A stretch of 64,000 nt of DNA from the NCBI GenBank assembly GCA_964374105.1, contig CAYJXI010000001.1, forward strand, positions 199,743 to 263,742, written 5' to 3'. Of this stretch, positions 45,728-54,890 are shown piece by piece. Numbering within the stretch: position 1 is the first letter of the stretch; every line of letters starts with the position of its first letter. A program made the position numbers and the translations under genes. Source of the stretch: an uncultured Planctomycetales bacterium. GTDB taxonomy: Bacteria; Omnitrophota; Gorgyraeia; Zapsychrales; JANLHA01. A model generated the notes under the pieces. The model saw nothing but the letters and a program-made list of their open reading frames with translations, searched no databases and was not told the DNA's origin.

Positions 45728-46228
45728 GCCCATGACCCGCACTTTGACCAAATCCGCAAAAATGCCTTTAATGGTGATGATCCCCAAAGATCACAAACCC
45801 AATCTCCCAACGACCCCCACCGCGCGAAGGAGGGCGACCGTGTTGAGACAGACCATCCTTTAAGACCAATCAGCCAGCTGGGCGCCGTTTTGTGGCGATT
45901 TTATCAGCCTCGGGTGGCATGGGGATTTTTAAGAATTGCCTTTTCAACGACCGTGGCGAATTACCGGCACCTGCGCCATCACGGTATTCGCGGGGCGCCA
46001 CTGGGACGAATCCAAGCCGCACTCCGCGCGCCCTTCTTCAAAACCGCCGAACGTATTGACGGCCTGCCGCGGTGGAATATCGACCGCCATCTCCTCCCCG
46101 AAGATATCCAGCGCCTCGTTGACATCCACGAATCGCAACCCTGCTGCCGCTTGGGTAACCGCGAGATGGCGATAACCATTCAGAAAAGGGAAAGCAGACA
46201 ACGATCTAAAGAAAATTCAGCAGATGTC
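45728..46228 (+). other. Junction between the two giant ORFs. The single in-frame TAG (45725-45727) is followed by 54 stop-free in-frame codons that include a DPHRAKEGDR motif copy (45812-45841), then a ~400-bp GC-rich (~60%) block, before AT-rich ORF2 proper (an in-frame ATG is at 46229).
   Basis: Frame arithmetic: positions 2, 45725, 45812 and 45890 are all 2 mod 3. The GC-rich block shows ORFs on both strands in the provided track. Confidence 0.6.
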
Positions 46229-49200
46229 ATGGGATCCCTGCAATTATATGTTTTGAAAAAGTTTCTCAAATTCATTCTGCCTCTCTTGATTTTGGCGGTC
46301 CTGAATCATATTTTTGCGGTCATAACGCTGCAATCCTCTGATCAGTTATGGGCGGCGATTGATACGGCTGAGGAGCTGGTTCAGGCCCGAGAACACTTTG
46401 AGCATTTTCCATTTCACTTTGAGAAAGGTATTGAGTTTATTATAGGTAATACTCCTTTGCCTGACATGCCCTTCCCATATCCGCTTATTACTTATGCTCC
46501 ACTGCAGCGGCACATTATTACGTCGCTTTTTACTTTAATTCCGGTCCCGTTTATTTATTGGGCGGTTGGCTTCATCAAATCACCAGATCTGAAAAAGCCA
46601 ATAAAATTATTCAGGCTATTCAGTCAACTTTGGTGGGTGGGAACTTTTCTCCAGGTTATTGACATGATCAAATTTGGGGGAGTTTTTGATTCATTCTGGG
46701 GCTTCTCCTTGGGTGATTTATTGATCTCTATAGGATATATAGGAACTGTTCTTGGTCTCTTGTCCCTATTACCGGAATTGATTTTTGATTTGCCCTTGTT
46801 ACTCTGGGTTAAATTAAGAGGGATCATAAATTCGTTACGAAAAAGAATTCGGGCTAACAATCAGGACGTTAAAAATATTAACAGCGTCCATTTTTCATCA
46901 GAAAAAGCAGCAGAAGAAGAAAAAGGTGATAGTTCTCATTTTTCAACTGATAGAAATGAACCCCAAACCCCGAACGATGAACGACCGCCCCAAGACCCCC
47001 ACCGCGCTGAACCAGGGGATAAAGCATCGCAAGATCCTACTCGAGCTAACCGGGTTTTACAGGAGGATGAGCGGTTTAAGTTAGAGGAGATTTTGCGCAA
47101 ATACGAGTTGGCTGTCCGTGAGGCACAGGAAACGCAGGAGAATTTAAAGACCGCGTTCTTGATTCGTTTAAGAAACCAAAAGGAATTTCTCGAAGAAGCC
47201 CAAATCCTCAGTCAGACGAAGTTAGTGCAGGCACCCGCAGCGATGGTCAAGGAAATCCTGACGCTGCAGTTTGAGGCTGCAGAGCCTTTGGTGATTTATG
47301 CTTTGAATCTCCAACTCGAAGAGCAGGATTACATCCTTCTTCTTCCCAAGGCGCGGGAGGATGAAAGGGAAGCCCAGAAATCGATTCTGCATGAGGTCAA
47401 GGCGATTCATCACCGTGGACAAGCGGATGCACAGACCATCCACGAAGAGGCCCTGCGCTTTGAGTCTTTGCTAGAGGACGAGGCAGAGCAAGAGGAAGAT
47501 GAGATTTATAAAGTTGAGAAGATTGGAACCGGAATTTTCTGGAAACGCCTGACACAGAATTGGGAAGAGGCGCTGAAGGAAATTGAAAAATTACAGAAGC
47601 GTTCTTGGTTCCAGAAGGCCCTGCAGGAATTCCGGGTCTATCAATCGCAGATTTTCCGTATGGGAAGCATTTTGACGTTGCTCGTGTTGGGGGGTGTGGC
47701 GATAACCTTTGGTTCGTGGGCCGCCCTCTTGGGAGGGATCCTCCTTTTATTGGTTATTGGGGAAATGGTGTTTGGGTTAGTGGAGAGCTTGGGAGAACTG
47801 TTGTACAGCACCCCGTATGACATCCAAGGAGTCGAAGGCCGTTTGGCTGTCCCTGCCATCTCGGAAAAAGATCTAAAAATTCTTTACGCTATGGAAGGCC
47901 AAGAGTTACTCTTGGTCAACACCGGGCAGTTTGTCCTGCCGCGGATTTCTTTCTACCGCGCCTGGCGCCACAGCTTCAAAGGATGGAACGGACCGCGGAT
48001 GTTTGAGGTGCCGCTCACCTCTTCGGATCACGGGATTCTTATGTTTCTATCCTATGCTTTGTTCAGCCTGATTGTTCCGCTGTTGATTCAGGTGGCGATT
48101 GGCATTTTTCATCTCGGGCAGGAAAACCTGATGGGAATCATTCGTTTTGGGTTTAGTGTCTTGGTCGTCCTAGCCCCTTTCAAACTCTTTATGGAACTAG
48201 CCAAGATGCATAAGGAAGTGACGATTTATGCCAGACGAATCGTTTACCTTTGCGAATTGGCAAAAAGATCTTCCGGGACCTTGCGCGTTAACGAGGCGAT
48301 TTATGAAGATATAGAGAAGTTTAAGCAGGAAACGGGCTGGAAGGTCTTATGGACAGATCATCCGTATCTTTTGGTTTATCCAATCTTGGCTAGTCAACAG
48401 CTGGTTCTAAATATCGGTTGGATCGTGGCGGGCTCTGAGCGGATCGATGATTACCGCATTCCTTATATGAGAGGGATCTTGCGCTCGGTCCGTCAGGCTA
48501 TCCCTAAGGGCTTGCGAGAAGAAATAGAAAAACAAAAACAGAGGCTTGAGATTGAAAGACTTCTTCAAGAGGTCGAAAGGTTAATGGATGTCGAAGACAT
48601 CCGCACATTATATGAAGAACAAATTAGTGAACCTAGAAAGAAGTTGGAGGCATTGAAGGAACAAGATTTGGAAAGCGGCTGGTGGGAAGCACGAATCAAT
48701 GCCGCCTTGGCGGCCCTTGATCTCATTGATGCCGCCCATTCGGGTACTAACGAAGAATTCCAAAGGGCAGAAAAACGTTTCCGCGATTCCGTGCGTATCG
48801 GCTTACAGTTGGATGAATGGATTGATCAGGGTTTAAGAATTATAGAAGATCGAAAGAGGACAACCTATACTCTAGGTGAAGAAGATTCTGCTCTCAGGGA
48901 TAAGGAGGCAATAGATTCAGAGGATCAAGAAACCCAACAACGAGATAATTCCCATCAAGGAGAATCGAATAATGATTTGCCAGATGAAAACAGAGATGCT
49001 AAAAAAGAGGCGAGTGCCTCATTCCCAGATGAGTCACAGGCCAGGGGACACAAGCCACCGCCTCAAGACCCCCATCGAGCCAAGACGGGGAAGAGGCCAA
49101 CGGAAAAGCAGATTCGAGAGGATATAAGAGGGGCAAGGGTCATGGGGCAAAGGTCAAGGGAAAAGATTAAGCAGGCGGTTAATCAAGTGATTGATCTTGT

Positions 49201-52200
49201 ACGTCAGGAAGATACGAATGTGGCGGTCGCCCTTGAACAAATCCGCGACACCATCGAAATCCGCGCTGGGCCGTTTGAGTATATTTGGGGGACTGTAAGA
49301 AAGTCACAAGTCACAAGTCATCCTTCGACAGGCTCAAGATCCCTTGCGAAGGAATCCCGAGCAAAGTCGAGGGACAAGCCACAAGCCACCGATTACATCC
49401 TTTACTTCGATGAATCCTTTTTGAACAACCCCGCCCTCCACACTGAATTACTTCTGACTCTTATTCACGAAGCCCGCGTCATCGCTTATCCGAAAAGTTT
49501 GGATGAGGACAATGAGTCCTTTGCCCAAAGGGTTTTTAAAAAATTAAATGCCTCTGTTGATGGGGGAAACTTACTGCAAAATTGGTGGGATCGGATTTGT
49601 CGTCTCTGTCACCAATTTGGAATTTATTTTCTGTTGGGTGGCCTTCTGATACTGGGATTAGCAACAGTGGGAATTGTTGTCCTTTATTTTTATCTTTTCT
49701 TTGATCTAGTAGGATATTTTGGGAATGAGCCGTTTAGTTACGGGGGGTTTAGAAGTTATGTTGCCAGCTTAGTTGTCTTGGGGATCATTGATGTCTTTTT
49801 AGTCAAGGTCGTAACATTTTTCCGCAGATCTCATGGCGAGAGGGAAGAGGAAAGAATCCCACTTGGATATTCTAAAGATGAAGTCGATGAAAGGGATGTC
49901 TTAACACGTTATCTTGTCATTGGGGGAGGCATAACCCTCATTAGTTTACCATTTATTTTTTATGCTAATTGGGGGTATATTGGGCAAGGGATCACAACGG
50001 CTTTACAGTATTTTCTAAGTTGGAAGCTGCATTATCTCTTGGGAATTTTGCTGATCGTTTCCTTTCTTTATCATCTTTATTTGAAATTCACTGACGAATA
50101 CGATATAAACGGCTTTGGAACGAAAATTTACCGGGCGGTTGTTGCGACTCTCTTTGCCCCCATTTGCGAAGAGGTCATTTTCCGTTTTATCTATTTCCAA
50201 GTGTCTTTGTGGTTTTGGACGAGTGTCTTTGGATTTTTCCAGCCTTTCAATTATCCGATTCCCTTTTTGGGCGTATCGATTGGCTTTGATCTTCCTTTAG
50301 GAGTCTTTATTGCCATTGCCAATAATGCGGAATTATTTTTCAAAGCCCATGGACGGGCCAAGTGGTTTCATCATTGGCTGATGGGGGTGGTGGCCTCTTA
50401 TGCCTATTATCAGACAAATTCCTTGATTGTTCCGATCGTTATCCATTTCATTTGGAATGGGATCGCCAGTGTGTTTTCCCTGATCATGAATGCGGTCTTT
50501 CCTTTGGAGTTAAGCATTTTTTCCGACCGATCGAAAGAAGAAAAGAAAGTGAAGAATGTCTTCCCTTTGAAAAATTTTGAATGGAAAAATATCATTGCCA
50601 GATCAATATTCCTCATCTCCATTTATTTTGGGATTGTTTCGTTAATGAATATTGCTCATTTTATTTCTTATCTTTTTATGATCAGCCTGCCGATTTTTAT
50701 TCATTTTATCTTTTCTATGAAAGGGAAAGGTATTTTTCTTACTATCGAAAGACAAAAATGGACGAATCTAAAACGATTGGGGTTAGGATTATTACTTTTC
50801 ATTATGATCTTCCCAGGTTTGTTTTATTCTTTAGATGGTCTGTTGGCGTTTTTCCATCCCCTTTGTTTAAAGTTTCTTAACGTCATTGCTTATGTCATTT
50901 TGGGGTTATTGATTACCCTCGTATGTCTTCAGCCGTTTGCTCAATTTCTTTACAATATCACTTTCAATCCTAAAATCAAAAAGGCACCTTGGAGTTTAGC
51001 ACGTTTTGTAGTTTATACCCTTGTCCCCACATTTTTGTCTTTGCCGATTATTTATCTTTCCCTATTTATCGATTTACAAAAAAATGTCTTTGATTGGATA
51101 TTCAATATCCTTTTAATCGCAACGATCTTTGGGATATTGCGCATGACGGATTATTTTCTTTATCGTTTCTTTTATCGACCGTTTAAAATCAAAGCCCTGT
51201 TTATGTTTTTATTGCAATTTTTGGCCATAGTCTTTGTCATGACTCAACTTTCTGTTAAGCGAGCCCTTAAGGATGAGGCGGTTTTGCAGGCCTTACCCTC
51301 ATCACCGTTAAAAACTTTTGAGGTGGCTCCTTTGGCTATCTTAATTGCGGCGGTTATTTCTCTCATCATCATTGTCAGTTATATCCATTCCTTTGAAACC
51401 AAAAGATTTCATAAAAGGGACCTCAAGGCCCTAGAAATATCTGCAATCAAAATTAATCCTCAACAATTTTCCTCAGAAATGAAAGACATCGCTTTTCATC
51501 AAATGGATATGCCATCTGTTCTAGCCTTTATCTTGATGAGTTCCAATACTATTGAGGAAGTGGAAAAAAAGTTCGCTGCTTTAGGAATTTTAAAGGATTA
51601 TCTTTATCCCCAAAGTCATCTTGACCGAAGAAAACTCGTTAAGATCATTCAAAGGCTCTGGCTAGAGGTTTATGACTTTCTACCATTTCAATACCCAATG
51701 GCCTTTAAAGAAAATAAACTGCCAACCGCTGAGGTTATATTAGGGGACTTAAAGATCGTCCTTCATGGATTTGCGCATATTCCATCTTACGAAAGACCAT
51801 TTCAGCAGACAGTTGATGAACTTATCCAGAAAAATTTATCGGTTTATTTTGAAGCCGGTATCAAACAGATGATGGGAGGGATTCAATACGGTTATGCATT
51901 AAGCGATCAGTTCGGTTCCACCACCAAGATCACGCAAAATTATTCTTGGCCGAGTCAATGCTATTTGATGATTAAAAATTTTTTAATGATGGTCATAATG
52001 GTTGTGGATATTTTTATCTCAACCATTAAAGCCCTGCTCCATTTGGAGGGAGAGGCTCCCATCAAGTTGTTTTCTACCCGCAAGACAAAGAGTGTTAAAG
52101 AAACGATTCCCCTATTTATCCAACAACAACTTCCCCAGCCTTTGGATTGGACGTGGGAGCTTTATATTGACCGCAATGAGACTTATGATTGGGTAGGGAT

Positions 52201-52798
52201 TCTACGGTCGCTGGCGATGTTAAAAGAAATGGTGGACGATGCCAAAGAACAAGGTTACCCAGAAGTCCATTGGATTGGTGGGTTTGGGCATCAGTTTCAA
52301 ATGAGCTGGGCCGTTGACCATCGCGATGAAATAGGAAAGTTGATTGTGGATCCCGATAACTATTATCCACAAAAGGAATTTGATTTAAAAGAGTTTAAGT
52401 TTGAGATCCTGTCATTTCTGGAAAATCTAAGACAAATGAGAGAACAGGCCCAGAAGGAAGTTTCCTTAGATAACTTTCAAAATGCTTTAGTCAAGGCCTT
52501 GCCAAAGGAAATTGCTCAGGAACTCATTCGGGTTTTAAATGTCAATCTGTTAAAGAATATCCGCAAGTTTCGGGGAAAGGACGAACATTGCTTTTTAGTT
52601 TGTGAGGTTGTGAGGATTCTCAAATTGATTTATGGCCAGGATAAATTAGAGAAAATTTATGTCAAGGAGATTTTAAAAGAAGGCAAGGAGGTCTATTACC
52701 TTGTCGTGAGTGAAGAAGAATCAAAACAAGCCAATGATGGCAAAGCCCTGGCGCTTCTTGATATCGATCATGGGCATTCTTGGATTGGGGGAAAATAA
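45890..52798 (+). CDS. Second giant membrane protein (2,302 aa as called from TTG 45890; an alternative ATG is at 46229). Many TM helices, one partial and one complete copy of the DPHRAK...IRAGP...LIHEA module, and a CPBP/CAAX-type intramembrane protease motif set. Ends TAA.
   Basis: Long stop-free frame. Module copies at 46994 (partial) and 49067-49540 (complete, with STR inserts ggcaagggtcatggggcaaaggtcaagg at 49121-49155 and agtcacaagtcacaagtcat at 49302-49322). Extensive hydrophobic helices 46230-46850, 47640-48200, 49600-51400. Confidence 0.8.
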   Translation: MWRFYQPRVAWGFLRIAFSTTVANYRHLRHHGIRGAPLGRIQAALRAPFFKTAERIDGLPRWNIDRHLLPEDIQRLVDIHESQPCCRLGNREMAITIQKRESRQRSKENSADVMGSLQLYVLKKFLKFILPLLILAVLNHIFAVITLQSSDQLWAAIDTAEELVQAREHFEHFPFHFEKGIEFIIGNTPLPDMPFPYPLITYAPLQRHIITSLFTLIPVPFIYWAVGFIKSPDLKKPIKLFRLFSQLWWVGTFLQVIDMIKFGGVFDSFWGFSLGDLLISIGYIGTVLGLLSLLPELIFDLPLLLWVKLRGIINSLRKRIRANNQDVKNINSVHFSSEKAAEEEKGDSSHFSTDRNEPQTPNDERPPQDPHRAEPGDKASQDPTRANRVLQEDERFKLEEILRKYELAVREAQETQENLKTAFLIRLRNQKEFLEEAQILSQTKLVQAPAAMVKEILTLQFEAAEPLVIYALNLQLEEQDYILLLPKAREDEREAQKSILHEVKAIHHRGQADAQTIHEEALRFESLLEDEAEQEEDEIYKVEKIGTGIFWKRLTQNWEEALKEIEKLQKRSWFQKALQEFRVYQSQIFRMGSILTLLVLGGVAITFGSWAALLGGILLLLVIGEMVFGLVESLGELLYSTPYDIQGVEGRLAVPAISEKDLKILYAMEGQELLLVNTGQFVLPRISFYRAWRHSFKGWNGPRMFEVPLTSSDHGILMFLSYALFSLIVPLLIQVAIGIFHLGQENLMGIIRFGFSVLVVLAPFKLFMELAKMHKEVTIYARRIVYLCELAKRSSGTLRVNEAIYEDIEKFKQETGWKVLWTDHPYLLVYPILASQQLVLNIGWIVAGSERIDDYRIPYMRGILRSVRQAIPKGLREEIEKQKQRLEIERLLQEVERLMDVEDIRTLYEEQISEPRKKLEALKEQDLESGWWEARINAALAALDLIDAAHSGTNEEFQRAEKRFRDSVRIGLQLDEWIDQGLRIIEDRKRTTYTLGEEDSALRDKEAIDSEDQETQQRDNSHQGESNNDLPDENRDAKKEASASFPDESQARGHKPPPQDPHRAKTGKRPTEKQIREDIRGARVMGQRSREKIKQAVNQVIDLVRQEDTNVAVALEQIRDTIEIRAGPFEYIWGTVRKSQVTSHPSTGSRSLAKESRAKSRDKPQATDYILYFDESFLNNPALHTELLLTLIHEARVIAYPKSLDEDNESFAQRVFKKLNASVDGGNLLQNWWDRICRLCHQFGIYFLLGGLLILGLATVGIVVLYFYLFFDLVGYFGNEPFSYGGFRSYVASLVVLGIIDVFLVKVVTFFRRSHGEREEERIPLGYSKDEVDERDVLTRYLVIGGGITLISLPFIFYANWGYIGQGITTALQYFLSWKLHYLLGILLIVSFLYHLYLKFTDEYDINGFGTKIYRAVVATLFAPICEEVIFRFIYFQVSLWFWTSVFGFFQPFNYPIPFLGVSIGFDLPLGVFIAIANNAELFFKAHGRAKWFHHWLMGVVASYAYYQTNSLIVPIVIHFIWNGIASVFSLIMNAVFPLELSIFSDRSKEEKKVKNVFPLKNFEWKNIIARSIFLISIYFGIVSLMNIAHFISYLFMISLPIFIHFIFSMKGKGIFLTIERQKWTNLKRLGLGLLLFIMIFPGLFYSLDGLLAFFHPLCLKFLNVIAYVILGLLITLVCLQPFAQFLYNITFNPKIKKAPWSLARFVVYTLVPTFLSLPIIYLSLFIDLQKNVFDWIFNILLIATIFGILRMTDYFLYRFFYRPFKIKALFMFLLQFLAIVFVMTQLSVKRALKDEAVLQALPSSPLKTFEVAPLAILIAAVISLIIIVSYIHSFETKRFHKRDLKALEISAIKINPQQFSSEMKDIAFHQMDMPSVLAFILMSSNTIEEVEKKFAALGILKDYLYPQSHLDRRKLVKIIQRLWLEVYDFLPFQYPMAFKENKLPTAEVILGDLKIVLHGFAHIPSYERPFQQTVDELIQKNLSVYFEAGIKQMMGGIQYGYALSDQFGSTTKITQNYSWPSQCYLMIKNFLMMVIMVVDIFISTIKALLHLEGEAPIKLFSTRKTKSVKETIPLFIQQQLPQPLDWTWELYIDRNETYDWVGILRSLAMLKEMVDDAKEQGYPEVHWIGGFGHQFQMSWAVDHRDEIGKLIVDPDNYYPQKEFDLKEFKFEILSFLENLRQMREQAQKEVSLDNFQNALVKALPKEIAQELIRVLNVNLLKNIRKFRGKDEHCFLVCEVVRILKLIYGQDKLEKIYVKEILKEGKEVYYLVVSEEESKQANDGKALALLDIDHGHSWIGGK
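50100..50480 (+). other. CPBP (CAAX protease/bacteriocin-processing, Abi-like) intramembrane metalloprotease domain in ORF2
   Basis: Motif 1 FAPICEEVIFRFIYF (EExxxR), then HHWLMGVVASYAYYQ, then motif 3 VIHFIWNGIASV (HxxxN). All lie in hydrophobic helices. Confidence 0.55.
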
Positions 52799-53008
52799 AA
52801 AGTGGGGATTCTGTGTTGAACACGGAATGACAGTGGGTGTTTAATAAATTGTCACTCCTGTCTCCCATTTGTTATTTTTTAAGTTTTTAAGAATTGTTTG
52901 TTCAAATATTCCTCTTCCATTTTCACAACCGTTGGCCGGCCGTAAGGCAGGGTAAAAGTCGTAACCCGCGCTGGGTTTAAGACCATGAACCCTATGCGGT
53001 TTACGGGA

Positions 53009-54868
53009 TCACTTGCGGAGGAATTGTTTATCTAAAAAAGACTCTGTCATTTCCACCACCGTGGGTCTTCCGTGGGGGCAAGTGAATGGATCCCGGCATT
53101 GCGTTAATTGGTCGCGCAGGTATTCAGCCTGTTCCGCCTTTAAGAAGTCTCCCGCCATGATCGAGCAGCGGCAGGCCCGCCGGGCGATTGTTTCATGATC
53201 ACAAAGGATGACACTCCCTCCGGAAAGGATATCATGAAAGGACTGGGCAGGGTCTTTGAGAAGGACAGGATAAGTATGAACGGCAACCGTCTCTTTATCA
53301 AAGAGGGTGGAATTGAATCCAATTTGATCGAGTTTTTCTTTGGCCTCTTCCCAATTCAGAAGTTCCTGGGGGGTAAGTTTGACAAGATAGGGACTCAACA
53401 AATGCTGGACTTCTACTTTTCCTTTTTGCAGTTGTTCAATCAGTTGTTCAAAGGTGATCCTCTCTTGGGCGGCATGCTGGTCGATAATCAACAAAGAATG
53501 ATGGGCTTCATACAGAAGAAATTTGTTGATAAATGAACCAATAAAATGGGCTTTCGATAATTTGTCCCTTAAGGTTTCTTGTTTATGTTGGGTGATTGCC
53601 TCACCAGCGAGGGAATAATAGGACTCCTGGGGAAAGGTGTATTGTTCGGTTGGCAGGGGTTTCAGGGTATCCGAGGCAAGGCTTTTTTCAAAACTGATTG
53701 GTAAAAGATCATCAAAGGCCTTCTCGGCCATCATCGTTTCGGACAAGGCCCGATGAATGGAAAGACGATCTTTAAGTTGGCCCAGAGGGGCTTTATCTTT
53801 CATTTCTTTGGGGGGACTTAAGGTCATGAGCGTCTGTTCGCAGATCTGCCGGATGATTGAGGTTATCACAAGTTCATCTTTGATTTTGACTTCACGTTTG
53901 GTGGGATGGATATTGACATCGACCTCGCTTGCCGGCAGTTGAAGATAGAGACAGAAAAAGGGATACTGTCCACTTGGTAAAAGCAACCGATAGACTTCAT
54001 TGAGGGCAAAACTCAAAGATTTATTCTGAACCGGGCGGTTATTGACAAAGATAAACTGAAGATCCCGCCGGGGACGATGGATGTTGATATTCCCTAAGAG
54101 CAAGCGGATGTCCGTATCCCGGTCAGTTAAATGTTGATTGACCTCAAGACAATGATTTTCTTCTAAATTCAGGGCGTAAGCCACCCTTTTTCGGAGGTTA
54201 TCCTGGGCTTTAAGATCGATCAGCGGCCTATCCTGATGAATCAAAAGAAACTGGCATTGATGATGAAGGAGGATATAGGGGACAACTGTATTTAAAATTT
54301 GATTCAATTCGGTTGTATCGGTCTTTAAAAATTTTCGCCGGGCCGGTGTGTTAAAAAATAATTCCCTCACCTCAATGTGTGTTCCGCAGGGCATCGCCAC
54401 CGGGCGAAGATCCAGCTTTTTCCCACCTCTTAAATGGATTTGAAGTCCTGTTTCCTGATTCTTTGTCCGGCTTCTTAATGTCACATCACAGATGGCAGCA
54501 ATGCTGTAGAGGGCTTCTCCCCGGAAGCCTAAGGATTGGATATTAAAAAGATCATTAAGATTGCTAATTTTGCTTGTGGTATGCCGGTTAAAGATTGTTT
54601 CGATATCATCGGGATCGATCCCCATCCCGGAATCTTTAACACTGATCAATGTTTTGCCGGCATTTTTAAGATGAATCTCAATAGTTTGGGTCTTGGCATC
54701 CAAGGCGTTCTCGATCAATTCCTTGATGACCGAGGCCGGGCGTTCGACCACCTCGCCGGCCGCGATTTTACTGATGATTTCTGGGGGGAGGGTATGGACT
54801 TTTTTCATATTTTTTATAACATAGATCGGCACAGATTTAAAGTAACGGATCATCACAGATGCGCCCAA
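53009..54868 (-). CDS. mutL: DNA mismatch repair endonuclease MutL
   Basis: 619 aa. N-terminal GHKL ATPase signature VIKELIENALDA. C-terminal endonuclease motif DQHAAQERI and FTCPHGRPT. Stop TGA. Confidence 0.9.
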   Translation of the reverse strand: MGASVMIRYFKSVPIYVIKNMKKVHTLPPEIISKIAAGEVVERPASVIKELIENALDAKTQTIEIHLKNAGKTLISVKDSGMGIDPDDIETIFNRHTTSKISNLNDLFNIQSLGFRGEALYSIAAICDVTLRSRTKNQETGLQIHLRGGKKLDLRPVAMPCGTHIEVRELFFNTPARRKFLKTDTTELNQILNTVVPYILLHHQCQFLLIHQDRPLIDLKAQDNLRKRVAYALNLEENHCLEVNQHLTDRDTDIRLLLGNINIHRPRRDLQFIFVNNRPVQNKSLSFALNEVYRLLLPSGQYPFFCLYLQLPASEVDVNIHPTKREVKIKDELVITSIIRQICEQTLMTLSPPKEMKDKAPLGQLKDRLSIHRALSETMMAEKAFDDLLPISFEKSLASDTLKPLPTEQYTFPQESYYSLAGEAITQHKQETLRDKLSKAHFIGSFINKFLLYEAHHSLLIIDQHAAQERITFEQLIEQLQKGKVEVQHLLSPYLVKLTPQELLNWEEAKEKLDQIGFNSTLFDKETVAVHTYPVLLKDPAQSFHDILSGGSVILCDHETIARRACRCSIMAGDFLKAEQAEYLRDQLTQCRDPFTCPHGRPTVVEMTESFLDKQFLRK

Positions 54869-54890
54869 TATCCGCGGTCATCTGTGCCGT

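Noticed and set aside
45725-45727. Whole-genome TAG reassignment (alternative genetic code) as the explanation for the in-frame TAG between the giant ORFs
   Set aside because: TAG terminates the neighbouring ORFs 57778..59124 and 59391..60131 at sensible lengths. mutL and mutS use TGA and TAA. The standard code is therefore the simplest reading. Local readthrough or a nonsense mutation remains possible.
36164-49540. Diversity-generating retroelement (DGR) explanation for the hypervariable inserts in the repeated modules
   Set aside because: No reverse transcriptase gene and no template-repeat/variable-repeat pair with A-specific substitutions is visible in the window. The variation is STR and hairpin insertion, not point mutagenesis.
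52799-53008. Intrinsic terminator between convergent ORF2 and mutL
   Set aside because: Only short palindromes (gtgttgaacac) without a convincing GC stem plus T-run. Cannot be supported from sequence alone.
53195-53536. 113-aa + strand ORF antisense to mutL (and 54536..54910 +)
   Set aside because: Completely inside the well-supported mutL coding region on the opposite strand, with no motifs. Spurious.
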